In this document: positions 22,302 through 33,000 of the stretch, in pieces | Position numbering within the stretch: the first letter of the stretch is position 1 | Layout of the letters: each line of letters starts with the position of its first letter | Assembly (NCBI GenBank): GCA_024400635.1 | Contig: JAKSMI010000001.1 | Span: forward strand, 113,468-177,467 | Length of the DNA: 64,000 nt | From: Bacteroidales bacterium | GTDB lineage: Bacteria; Bacteroidota; Bacteroidia; Bacteroidales; WCHB1-69 | Direction: 5' to 3' | Notes under the pieces: model-generated | The model's database searches: none | Seen by the model: only the letters and a program-made list of their open reading frames with translations | Told to the model about the DNA's origin: nothing | Made by a program: the position numbers and the translations under genes

Positions 22302-25300
22302 ATGAGTTTATATCAAAAATCTGTAAACCGTCCGATTATGACCGGCTTGATTTATGTTGCCGTAGTCATCATCGGTATTTTTTCGCTGACCAAACTACCT
22401 ATCGACTTGTTTCCTCACATGGAAGGCAACACCATCATGGTGTTCACCGTTTATGGCGGTGCAAGTGCTGAAGATATTGAAGACAACGTGTCGAAGCCAT
22501 TGGAAAACGTGCTGAACACATTGAGCGACTTAAAACATATCACTTCTAACTCAAAAGAAAATTACTCTATTATTTACCTTGAATTTGAATACGGTGTTGA
22601 TATTGAGCAGAAGACCAACGACGTACGCGACAAACTGGATATGGTGACATCACAACTTCCCGATGGTGCCAACCAGCCCTACCTTTTCAAATTCAGTGCC
22701 GACGACCTTCCCATCGTGATGTTGTCCGTCGAATCGGAACAGAGCACACAAGCTTTGTACAAGATTTTGGACGATAAAGTCGCATCCCCATTGAGCCGTA
22801 TCAGCGGTGTTGGTGCCGTTTCCATTTCTGGTGCACCTCAACGCGAAATTCAGGTTTATTGCGATCCCTACAAGCTCGAAGCCTACAACCTGACCATCGA
22901 AGGCATCGCCAACATTCTGGGTGCCGAAAACAGAAACATCTCACTTGGCATCATGGATATTGGGTCCAAAACCTACAATCTTCGCGTGGATGGTGAGTTT
23001 GACGATGCCTACGAAATGGAAAATATCATCGTTGGCAGCTATTCCAACAAAGACATCTTCTTGAAAGATGTAGCCACGGTAAAAGACACTCTGCAAGAAC
23101 GTATGCAGGAAGTTTACACCAATGGCACCCGTGGCGCAATGGTCATCATCCAGAAGCAGACCGATGCCAACACGGTTGATATTGCCAACAAGGTACGAGC
23201 CGAATTGCCATCCATCAAAAAGAGCCTTCCCGCTGACGTAAAACTCGACATCCTGGTTGACAACTCTGAAAACGTCACCAACACCATCAGCAGTTTGGAA
23301 GAAACCATTCTCATCATCTTGCTCTTGGTAGTATTCGTCGTTCTATTCTTCCTCGGCAGATGGAGGGCAACCATCATCATCGCCGTGGTGGTGCCCGTCT
23401 CCCTAATTGGTGCGTTCATCTATCTGTTGGTAACTGGCAACACATTGAATATCATATCATTATCATCATTAAGTATTGCTATTGGCATGGTTGTTGACGA
23501 CTCCATCGTTGTATTGGAAAACATCACCACCCACATCGAACGCGGTTCCAAACCCAAACCGGCATCTATTTTTGCCACCAGTGAAGTTTCATTGTCAATT
23601 GTTGCTTCCACCTTGGTAATCATCGCCGTATTCCTTCCCTTGACCTTCATCACCGGCATGTCTGGCGTGCTGTTCAAGCAGTTGGGTTGGATTGTCACCA
23701 TCGTTATTGCCATCTCCCTGATGGCGGCTATGACGCTGACCCCAATGCTTTGCTCTTTGATGCTAAAACGCAATCCTAAAAAAAGCAAATGGTTTGCGTA
23801 CATTTATGCTCCTATTGAAAGATTTCTGGCTTGGTTGGACAACGCCTACGCTCGTTTACTGGGCTGGTGCGTCGGACATAGGAAAACCGTTTTACTCATC
23901 GCATTGGTCATCTTCGGATCCAGCTTACTACTGGTCAAAATCATCCCAACCGAATTCTTCCCGACACAGGATAACGCCCGTTTGAGTGCCACCGTCAAAC
24001 TGCCACAGGGCACGCGTGTCGAGACCAGCAAAGAATTGGCACGGGAACTGGTTCAGGAGATGTGGGAAAAATATCCTAACGAAATCAAACGTATCAACTA
24101 CTCCGTAGGCCAGCCCGACGAAGACAACACCTGGAGTTTGATGCAGGATAACGGCACACACCTTTTGTCTTTCAACATCCGTTTGGTTAAGAAGACTGAA
24201 CGTAACAAATCCATCACCGAACTTTCCGATGGCATCCGTGACATCATGCGCAAACACATCGAAATCAACACCTATTCGGTAAAGACTGGTCAGGGCGGTA
24301 TGGGTGGCAACTCCACCGTTGATATTGAATTATACTGTTACGATTTCAACACGACCGATGCCTTCGCTGCCGAAGTCGCTGCCAGAATGCGCGAAGTTCC
24401 CGGCTGTTCCGAAGTCGTTATCAGCCGTGACGAATATACGCCGGAATTGGAAGTAGTACTCGACCGCACCAAACTGGCCGAAAACGGTCTAAACTCGACC
24501 ACCGCCGCCAGCTACATCCGCAACCGCTTCAATGGCTACACCGCTTCATTCTATCGTGAAGACGGTGACGAATACAACATCCGCGTCCGCTATGCACCCG
24601 AATTCCGCAACGACATCAATGCCATTGAAAACATTCTGATGTACAACACACAGGGCAAAGGCATTCGCATCGGCGATATCGGCCATGTGGAAGAGACCTT
24701 CACGCCACCAACCATTGTCCGTAAGGACCGTGAGCGTATGGTAAGTGTATCCTGCGTTGTAGGCAAGGATGCTGTCTTGAGTGAAATTGTCGATGCCGCC
24801 CAAAAAACCTTGGACGGAATGGACATACCGAATACCTTGGACTATAAAATTGCTGGCACCTGGGAAGATCAACAAGATGCATTCAGCGATATTATCACCT
24901 TGATGATTCTTATTGTAATATTGGTATATGTCGTTATGGCCGCACAGTTTGAGTCATTCTCCTATCCGTTTGTCATCATGTTCTCCATCCCATTTGCCTT
25001 CACTGGTGTATTCATCGGCTTGGCAGTCACTCACACCGCCTTGGGCATCATGGCCTTGATTGGCGCAATGATGTTGATTGGTATTGTTGTAAAGAACGGT
25101 ATCGTGCTGGTGGACTACATCAGCTTGTGCCGTGAACGTGGCATGACGGTAAGGGAAGCCGTTGTTACTGGCGGTCGTTCCCGTCTTCGTCCTATCTTGA
25201 TGACCACCTTGACCACCGTTTTAGGTATGGTACCATTGGCCATAGACAAAGGCGAAGGTGCGGAAATGTGGAACTCCATGGGTATGACCGTGGCTTGGGG

Positions 25301-25466
25301 TTTGACGGTTTCAACCTTGGTAACCTTAATTCTGATTCCTATTTTGTACAGCTTATTCGCTGACTTCGGCGTACGCAGAAAAGACAAGAAAGCGCAGCGT
25401 ATTCTATCAGAACAGAAAGAAGAAGAAAATGCAGCTGAAGAAGGAACTGAACCTGTTATGGCATAA
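22302..25466 (+). CDS. RND efflux permease (AcrB/HAE1-like)
   Basis: 1054 aa with 12-TM architecture and two large periplasmic loops. Confidence 0.92.
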   Translation: MSLYQKSVNRPIMTGLIYVAVVIIGIFSLTKLPIDLFPHMEGNTIMVFTVYGGASAEDIEDNVSKPLENVLNTLSDLKHITSNSKENYSIIYLEFEYGVDIEQKTNDVRDKLDMVTSQLPDGANQPYLFKFSADDLPIVMLSVESEQSTQALYKILDDKVASPLSRISGVGAVSISGAPQREIQVYCDPYKLEAYNLTIEGIANILGAENRNISLGIMDIGSKTYNLRVDGEFDDAYEMENIIVGSYSNKDIFLKDVATVKDTLQERMQEVYTNGTRGAMVIIQKQTDANTVDIANKVRAELPSIKKSLPADVKLDILVDNSENVTNTISSLEETILIILLLVVFVVLFFLGRWRATIIIAVVVPVSLIGAFIYLLVTGNTLNIISLSSLSIAIGMVVDDSIVVLENITTHIERGSKPKPASIFATSEVSLSIVASTLVIIAVFLPLTFITGMSGVLFKQLGWIVTIVIAISLMAAMTLTPMLCSLMLKRNPKKSKWFAYIYAPIERFLAWLDNAYARLLGWCVGHRKTVLLIALVIFGSSLLLVKIIPTEFFPTQDNARLSATVKLPQGTRVETSKELARELVQEMWEKYPNEIKRINYSVGQPDEDNTWSLMQDNGTHLLSFNIRLVKKTERNKSITELSDGIRDIMRKHIEINTYSVKTGQGGMGGNSTVDIELYCYDFNTTDAFAAEVAARMREVPGCSEVVISRDEYTPELEVVLDRTKLAENGLNSTTAASYIRNRFNGYTASFYREDGDEYNIRVRYAPEFRNDINAIENILMYNTQGKGIRIGDIGHVEETFTPPTIVRKDRERMVSVSCVVGKDAVLSEIVDAAQKTLDGMDIPNTLDYKIAGTWEDQQDAFSDIITLMILIVILVYVVMAAQFESFSYPFVIMFSIPFAFTGVFIGLAVTHTALGIMALIGAMMLIGIVVKNGIVLVDYISLCRERGMTVREAVVTGGRSRLRPILMTTLTTVLGMVPLAIDKGEGAEMWNSMGMTVAWGLTVSTLVTLILIPILYSLFADFGVRRKDKKAQRILSEQKEEENAAEEGTEPVMA

Positions 25467-25500
25467 ACAATTATCATTAAGATTATTAAAAGCAGAAATA

Positions 25501-25788
25501 ATGAAAGCAGTATTCATATCATTTTATCAAGCGTTTTATGATGAAGTAATTGAAGTACTCGACCGATTAGAGATCCGCGGTTTCACCTTCTGGCAGGAGG
25601 TTCAGGGCCGCGGATCCGAGACTGGCGAACCTCACTATGGGACGCACGCCTGGCCGACCTTAAACTCGGCGATGCTGATCTTCATGCCCGGCGAGAAAGT
25701 GCCTGCCCTGCTGGCTGAAATCGACAAGTTAGACAAGAGTGCCGAGCAGCAGGGAATTCACGCGTTTGTAATGCCCGTAGAAAACTAA
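25501..25788 (+). CDS. PG0541-family transporter-associated protein (PII-like fold)
   Basis: MKAVFISFYQAFYDEVIEVLDRLEIRGFTFWQEVQGRG... directly after the RND gene. The ATG at 25501 is preferred over the track start at 25429, which overlaps the RND C-terminus. Confidence 0.75.
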   Translation: MKAVFISFYQAFYDEVIEVLDRLEIRGFTFWQEVQGRGSETGEPHYGTHAWPTLNSAMLIFMPGEKVPALLAEIDKLDKSAEQQGIHAFVMPVEN

Positions 25789-25863
25789 GAGTTGCCGAAC
25801 GAGGAGTCAGAAAAAGAAAAAATCAGCATCGTCAGTCATAGACCCTCCCATTTAACACTCGCA

Positions 25864-25945
25864 AATTAACTATTAATTGTTAATATATGGGGTTAAAATG
25901 GGAGAATTTAGGATTCCGTAGAGACGCGGCACGCCACGCTGCCGC
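25864..25945. repeat. dispersed element copy A (AT-rich near-palindrome + gggttaaaatgggagaatttagg + gtagagacgcggc...)
   Basis: Matches 26758-26849 by eye. The 23-nt core aattaactattaattgttaatat is the exact reverse complement of 26758-26780. Confidence 0.65.
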
Positions 25946-25962
25946 AATAGCTGTTTTACCTT

Positions 25963-26018
25963 CTCTTAGTTCCTTAGTTTCTTAATTTCTTCGTTTCTTA
26001 TGGTCTAATGCTCTAATC
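25963..26018. repeat. degenerate 8-bp micro-tandem array x7 (ctcttagt tccttagt ttcttaat ttcttcgt ttcttatg gtctaatg ctctaatc)
   Basis: Read directly. It abuts and overlaps the stop codon of the 26017..26625 gene. Confidence 0.65.
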
Positions 26019-26625
26019 AGAACCGTTTCAGTTTTTCCCGGTCGATGGGCTCGACGGTGAACACGTCGTCGCTGACGTGGATGAGGATGATCCCCTTCTC
26101 GCGGGCATAGTCCTCCGCCTCCTTCGTGTAATTCAGGGCCGCCATCGCCACATAGACATCCATATCCGCAAACCGCGGGTACAACAGCTTGAAATTCCGC
26201 ATCTGCTTCAGAAAGTGGTTGATCTTCGCCTTGGTGCAGTGGGTCTTGACCTCCACCGCAATGGCCTCCATGGTGTCCGCGTAGAGCAGGTCTATTTCCA
26301 TGTTCAGGCCCAACTCGTTGTTCGAGCCGGTCATCCCCTTGAAGCTCTGCTCCACCCTGAAGCCTGCCTTTTGCAGCACGCGCAAGGCCGAGCGCTGCGT
26401 TAGTCCTTCCAATATGTGGCCGGTCTGCGAGACGAACTGGTCGCCCAGGGCCCTAAGCTTCCGGTCGGTCTCTATTCGAGATGCTTCAATACGTTTGTCG
26501 GTTTCCTTCATTTGTCGATTGGTTTCCTGCATCTGGACTGAGATGGCCGAAATGTATTCTTTCAGCTCCGCCCACGACATCTGGTGGGGATCTTGATTCA
26601 ATATCGGGTTAACTCTGGGTTCCAT
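26017..26625 (-). CDS. hypothetical protein: N-terminal coiled coil + PD-(D/E)XK-like C-terminal domain
   Basis: 202 aa, GC-rich. The heptad-like region is aa about 20-60. A D..(n)..E.K pattern (EIDLLYADTMEAIAVEVKT) resembles a restriction-endonuclease-like fold. Confidence 0.55.
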   Translation of the reverse strand: MEPRVNPILNQDPHQMSWAELKEYISAISVQMQETNRQMKETDKRIEASRIETDRKLRALGDQFVSQTGHILEGLTQRSALRVLQKAGFRVEQSFKGMTGSNNELGLNMEIDLLYADTMEAIAVEVKTHCTKAKINHFLKQMRNFKLLYPRFADMDVYVAMAALNYTKEAEDYAREKGIILIHVSDDVFTVEPIDREKLKRF

Positions 26626-26757
26626 TCTTCAATTTAGTTTTGTAATAGTCAACGTTTTAATTCGGATGCAAAGATAGTATAATTTTTTATCAATCTGCAC
26701 AAACAGCAAAAAAATTATTTCTATCGACATCAATTCGTTACAAAATTATAATTTTAT

Positions 26758-26849
26758 ATATTAACAATTAATAGTTAATTTACGGGTTGAAAATGGGAGA
26801 ATTTAGGGTTGATGGGGCAGACATTAGTAGAGACGCGGCGCGGCTCTAC
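26758..26849. repeat. dispersed element copy B
   Basis: atattaacaattaatagttaatt + gggttgaaaatgggagaatttaggg + gtagagacgcggcgcggctctac. See copy A. Confidence 0.65.
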
Positions 26850-26901
26850 TGCTTTGGGTTTAGGAGATAGCCGACATAACCAGCCCGGCATGACCCTTGC
26901 C

Positions 26902-26964
26902 CCCTAACCCCTTAACCCTAATCTCTGATCTCTGATCTCTAAACCCTAAACCCTGAACCCTAAA
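26902..26964. repeat. degenerate 7-bp micro-tandem array x9 (ccctaac cccttaa ccctaat ctctgat ctctgat ctctaaa ccctaaa ccctgaa ccctaaa)
   Basis: Read directly. It lies just beyond the terminator of the giant gene. Confidence 0.7.
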
Positions 26965-26998
26965 AAAAGGGCTTCGCACGAAACCGCACAAAGCCCCT
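26962..26998 (-). terminator. rho-independent terminator of the giant FISUMP gene
   Basis: Minus-strand RNA gggcuuugugcg-guuu-cgugcgaagccc forms a 12-bp stem (three G-U pairs) followed by uuuuuuu. Confidence 0.65.
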
Positions 26999-27050
26999 GT
27001 ATGAATCTATTGTATATATGTTGAAAGCAGTTCTAACCCCTCAACCCAAC

Positions 27051-30000
27051 TTAGTTACGGAGGCAACGAACACCAAATCCGAAATCAATGGGGTTGTAGT
27101 TTCTAATCACGCTTTCGGAGTTGTAGTACAAGAGGCGGATGTAGGCGGAGTTCGAATCGTTGAAGTTCAAGGTAGTTGACCAAAAGTAGGCACTGTTGGC
27201 GAAAAGAGCGTAGTCGCCGGAGTAGTCGCCCGAAGGAACACCTGAAAAGTCCGTGGCGTTGTTGAGGAATTGATAGTTGCCAATAGCACAAGCGAAATCG
27301 TCCCGTCTCCAACCTGAAGTGGCGGCCAATGACTTGGATATGAAGGAAGCATTACCATTGCAGCGGTATTGGCTTTGGCTGCTCACATAATCGGTCAGTT
27401 GCGTCCATTCCGCATCGCTCGGCAAGTGCCAGCCCGTGGGGCAGATGCCCTGCACCCCGCTGGGATTGTTCTCTGAAGAGGAGGAGTAGCGCATCGCCGC
27501 CCTCCAGTTGTACAGGTAACCGTATGTGCTCACAGTATTGCTGTCATTGTTGGGATAGTAGCGGTAGGCCGTAGAGGTGCTCTTGCTGTTGCCCAAGGAG
27601 ATGGGGGTACCGTCGGCGTATTTCGTCGTTCTCAGGTTTTCCTTCATCCAGCACTGGTCGCCGATTTGAACAGTGTTGTACACATTGTTGTCAACATCGG
27701 TAACGGTAGGCATATTTGGACAGGGATTGATGGAGAGCGTTTTGAAATTCATCACTTCGCCATACACCGTGTCGGTGCCGTTGGCGGCGAAAGCCTTATA
27801 ATAATATTGTGTATTGGCGGTAAGACCGGTAATGCCGAAGCTGAACATACCTGGTGCGGTCGTTGAAACTCCGTCAGAAACGATGGAGGTGAGGGCGCTT
27901 TCGCTTGTGCCGTACTTGAAGCCGGCATTCACTTCAGACTTTCCTCCCATATCTGTTACGTTGCCATATAACGTAGCACTGTTCTTGGTAATGGTGTTGG
28001 CACTGTCGGTGGTAACGGACATAGCTGCGGGTACTTCCGCATCGCGGAGGCAACGGATGGAAAAGCCGGAGCTGTGTGCTTCGCCAGAGCCATACAAGAT
28101 GGCGCCATAAGAATAGTAAATGTGCAAATAATAGTCATCCTCACTGCTTGTCCAGAAGTAAGCCGACTCGCCCACGTTTTCAATCTTGCCATCATAATAG
28201 CAGCTGGCGGGGCGGGCGGAGAAGCCAGTGGAATCTCGGTAAATGTAGTTGTAGCAGCCGGGTGAGGTTCTCCAGGTGGAGGTTATCCAGTCGGTGCCGC
28301 CGGTGAGCTTGCCCAATCCGTCGGTGAATTCGGTAGTGCCAGGCACGTACAAATGATCAGGCACGCCGGCAGTGGCAGCCAACAGATCCCAATCGTCCTT
28401 GGTGGGCACGTGCCAGCCTTCGGGGCAGATGCCGCGGTGTGGATATGTGAAGTGGTTGTCATCGCTGCTTGTGTTCATTGCGGCGGGGAAGTTGTATAGG
28501 TAACCATATCTGGCCACATAGCCGCTATCCGTGCTGTAAATTCTCGGTTCTGTGAGTGAGGCATCGGTATTGAGTGCGATGTGGGTTGAAGAACCAGGTT
28601 CGGTGGTGGCGCGCATATTCTCCGCCAGCCAGCACTGGTTACCGATTTGCACCACTTTGTACCAGTTGTCCTCGTGGTCTTTCACGGAGTCGATTTGCTT
28701 GCCCGTTCCGCGTTCGTTTCCGCGGATGGATGCCACTGAACACGGATTGGTCAGCGTGGTGAAAGTTAAGGTGTCGGAGGCCCAAGCGGTGTCGGTAGCG
28801 GTAGCCGCGTATGACTGGAAGTAGTAGGTTGTATTGGGAGATATGTTCGTCAGTTCAGCGTTGAAGGAGCCAGTGGAAGAAACGGTCCTTTCCGTTCTGA
28901 AAGTCATATAGTCGGGGTGCTGGCCATAGCGAAAGCCGGCGTTCACTTCGGCAAATCCACCCATATTGGTAACGTTGCCGTACAATTTAGCACTGTTCTT
29001 GGTAATGGTGTTGGCAGAGTCGGTGGTAACGGTCAGCGGATCACGGAGGCAGCGGACACTGAATCCGTAGTACTCCTCGTAGTTGTACTTGTGCACGTCT
29101 GCGTAGTTGTAGTCCACGTAGCGGGAGTAGGCGTAGCTATTATAGTATTGGGTAGCCGACCAAAAGTGCGCGTCGTCGCCGAAACTGCCGTAGCCGCCGC
29201 TGTAGTAGCCCGCAGGAACAGCAGAAAAGCCCGTGGCGTTGTTGTCTGACGGATTGTTGCCTGGGACACAAGTGTTTGAGCTGCTGTTCCACCCCGTGGT
29301 TGAGGCTAACGCCTTGGCGTTGTATGTGTTGATACTTTCGCACACGTACTCGCTCTGACTGCTTACGTAGTTGGTCAGCTGTGTCCACTCCGTATCGCTC
29401 GGCACGTGCCAGCCTTTAGGACAGATGCCCTGCACTCCGCTGGGGTTAGTTTCACTGCTGGTGGAGTTGCCCATCACCGCCTTCCAATTGTACAGATAAC
29501 CGTACTTGCTCACGTTGCTACTGCTGCCGGTGGGATAGTAGTGATAAGCTGTTTCTGTGCTCGTGGTGCTGCCCAAGGAAATGGAGGTGCCGTCGGCATA
29601 TTTCGTCGTCCTCAGGTTCTGGGCCATCCAGCACTGGTCGCCGATTTGGACAACGTTGTATTTATTGTTGTCAATGTCTTTCACGGAGTCGATGCGGGAG
29701 GTGCCGAACTCATTCACGGAAGTTTTCGGGATTCCCGTGCACCAGGTGTGCCACTGTGCGTAAAGGGTTAGGTTGCCGCTGGTGGTGATGCTGGCATGGT
29801 CGGCGTACTGCGTGCCGGAGCCGTCGGCTGCGGTGTTCCAGCCGGTGAACTGCCAGTTGCCGCCGTGGGTGTAGGTATTGGCATTAAGGACCGTGTCGCC
29901 GCGGGTCACGAACATTGTATCCATTGTGCCTATGCCGCCGTTGGCGAAGAAGACGATGGTGTCGGTAACGATATCCGCAGCCGTGGTAAAGTTCTTCACT

Positions 30001-33000
30001 TCGCCATACACCGTGTCGGTGCCGTTGGCGGCGTACGCACGAACATAGTAGGTGGTACTGCCAGAAAGCCCCGTTATGCTGCTGTTAAAGCTGCCCGTGC
30101 CGCTGCCGTCGGTGGTGTGGCCGTCGGCTGTGGTCGGGTTCTGGCTCGTGCTCCAACACACGCCGCGTGCGGTAACCGCGGAGCCGCCGTCCGCTAAGAC
30201 ATTGCCGCCGCAGATGGCGGAATTAGCGGTTATGGAGGAAACGGCGGTGGTAACCACGGTCAGCGGGTCGCGGAGACAACGGACGGAATAGCCGTTATCG
30301 CGAAAGTGGTCGTCGCAAGTCACGTACTCATCGGAGTAGTTGATGCTCCGGTAGTACGCGTAAATGCGTATACTAGTAGCACTCCAGAAGTAGGCGTTGC
30401 CGCCGACACCATCGAAGCCGCTGCGGCTGCCGTTGTAGGAGCCCGCGGGAACAGCCGAAAATCCCGTGGCGTTGTTGGCAGAAGGGTCGTTGCCAACGTC
30501 ACAATAGTCCGGGCTGCTCATCCACCCCGTGGTGGAGGCCAGCGCCTTGGCTATGTTGTCTGGGCTTACGTTGCACTTGTACCCGCGGCTTTTCACGTAT
30601 GCGGTCAGCTGCGTCCACTCCGCATCGCTCGGCACGTGCCAGCCGTCGGGGCAGATGCCCTGAACACCGCTGGGGTTGGCTTTGCTGCTGGTAGAGGTGC
30701 CCATCACCGCCTTCCAGTTGTAAAGATGACCGTAGGTGGCCACATTATTAGTATCACCTCCGGGGAAGTAGCGGTAGGCCGTGGTGATGCTCGGAGTGGT
30801 GCCGCCGTTGGCAATAGCCGTGCCGTTGGCGTATTTGGTCGTTCTCAGGTTCTCCGCCATCCAGCACTGGTTGCCGATTTGAACAGTGTTGTACACATTG
30901 TTGTCAACATCGGTAACGGTAGCAGCATTGGGACAGGGATTGATGGAGAGCGTTTTGAAGTTCTTCACTTCGCCATACACCGTGTCGGTGCCGTTGGCGG
31001 AGAAGGCCTTGTAATAATATTTTGTATTGGCGGTAAGACCGGTAATGCCGTAACTGAATTGGCCGGCAGCCATCATTGCAACTTCGTCAGAAACGATGTT
31101 GGTCATGGTGCTGGCGCTTGTGCCGTAGCGGAAGCCGGCTTGCGCCGTAGTGTATTTGCCTAATGACTTCACGTTGCCGTAAAGGGTGGCGCCGTTCTTG
31201 GTAACGGTGTTGGCAGAGTCGGTGGTAACGGTCAGCGGGTCGCGGAGGCAACGGACACTAAACCCGAAGTTCTTAGATTTGTTGTACTTGATCACGGAGG
31301 CGCCGCCGTAGCCCAAGAAGCGGCTCCGGGCGATGGTATCGATCTGGGTAGCCGACCAGAAGGTCGCGTAGCTGCCGAAATCGCTGTAGCTGCCGCTGTA
31401 GAAGCCCGCAGGAACAGCGGAAAAGCCCGCGGCGTTGTTGGGAGACAGATTGTTGCCAACGGAGCAATTGTACGAGCTGCTCTTCCACCCCGTGGCGGAG
31501 GCCAGCGCCTTAGCGATGTTTTTGTCAGTTCCGCCGCACTTGTACCCGCTCTGGCTGTTCACGTAGTCGGTCAGCTGCGTCCACTCCGCATCAGAAGGCA
31601 CGTGCCAGCCGTCGGGGCAGATGCCCTGCACCCCGCTGGGGATGTTGTTGCTGCTGGTAGAGCTGCCCATCACCGCCTTCCAGTTGTAAAGATGACCGTA
31701 TGTGGCCACATTATTAGTATCACCATCGGGGAAGTAGCGGTAGGCCGTGCTCGTGCTCGTGTCAAAGCCCAGGGAAACGGGGGTGGTGCCGTCGGCGTAT
31801 TGGGTCGTTCTCAGGTTCTGTGCCATCCAGCACTGGCTGCCGATTTGGACGGTGGCATAGCTGTTGCCTTCAACGTCGCGCACGGAGTCGATGCTGCCGA
31901 GTTCGGTTGCGTGTTCGTTGGTTCTCACTGCGCCCGGGCAGGGAACCGTCAGGGTCGTGAAGGTCAGCGTGTCGGCTGCCCAGGCGGTGTCGGTGCCGTG
32001 GATTGCCAATGCCTGGAAGTAGTAGGTGGTGTTGGGTAACAAGCCGCTGATGTCGTTGTTGAAATCGCCCGTACCGTCCATGGTCGAGCCTCCCGAATAG
32101 AGGTTGAGCATGTCCTCGCACTGTCCGTACCTGAAGACAACACCGCAGATGTTATCGCTATATCCCTTGAGGGCGGTGAGCGTGCCGTTCAGCGTTGCGC
32201 CGCTGTTGGTCACGTCGGTGGCGGCGGCGGTTTCCACTTCCATATGGGTGGTGGTGAAATCGAGGGTGTCGCCATATACGGTTTGCCGGCCGTTGGTCAG
32301 GTAGGCGCAGTAGTAGTACTTGGTGTCGGACAGGAGTCCGTTCAGCACGCAGTCGTAGTTGCCCATGGCGGTAATGGCTTCTTCGCGTTGGGCCGTGTCG
32401 GTCAGTGCGTTAGGTTCGGTGCCGTACAGGAAGCTGGCGTTCAGCGACTCGTAATTGCCCATGTCGGTGACGGCGCCGTTGGCCTTGGCCGTGTGCATGG
32501 TGATGTCGTTAATTGGGAGGGTTTGCACTTTCATAACAGTCGTGGTGAATTCCATCCATTCGCCATACGCGGTGTCGAAGGCGTTGACCACGTAGGCCCT
32601 GAAGTGATACGTGGTGTTTTCGGCGAGGTCATAGGCGGTAAGGGTGTATTCTTCCTCCTCTGACTGTCCGGACTCGGACACATAGCCGTCGGGGTTGTCC
32701 CTGTCGGTGCCGTAGATGAAGCCGCGGGTGTAGTTCTCGTCAAGGCCGGCGGAAATTACCTCGCCGGTCAGGTCGGCCGAGTTGGCCTTGACGTTATCGG
32801 CCTCTTTGGTTGCCACCTGGGCCTGGTAGATTCCAAGGACGCAGCGCACGGACACGCCGTTGTTGGGCGCCGTCCTGTCGATGAGGAAGTGGTCGCAGTG
32901 GCAGTCCGACCACACGATGGAGGGGCTGGACTCGTCCAAGCTCTGGGCCGTCCACATGTAGCTGCTGCCGCAGAGGTCTTCGCTGCGGTTCCTGTTGGCG

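Noticed and set aside
25429-25500. Upstream start for the PG0541-like gene overlapping the RND C-terminus
   Set aside because: The extension (MQLKKELNLLWHKQLSLRLLKAEI) reads out of the RND gene's 3' end. The ATG at 25501 gives the family-typical MKAVFISFYQ N-terminus.
26937-26964. Plant-type telomere-like repeat (CCCTAAA)n
   Set aside because: There are only 2-3 exact units, embedded in a degenerate 7-mer array of the same family seen elsewhere in the window. The context is an internal bacterial chromosomal region, so the resemblance is coincidental.
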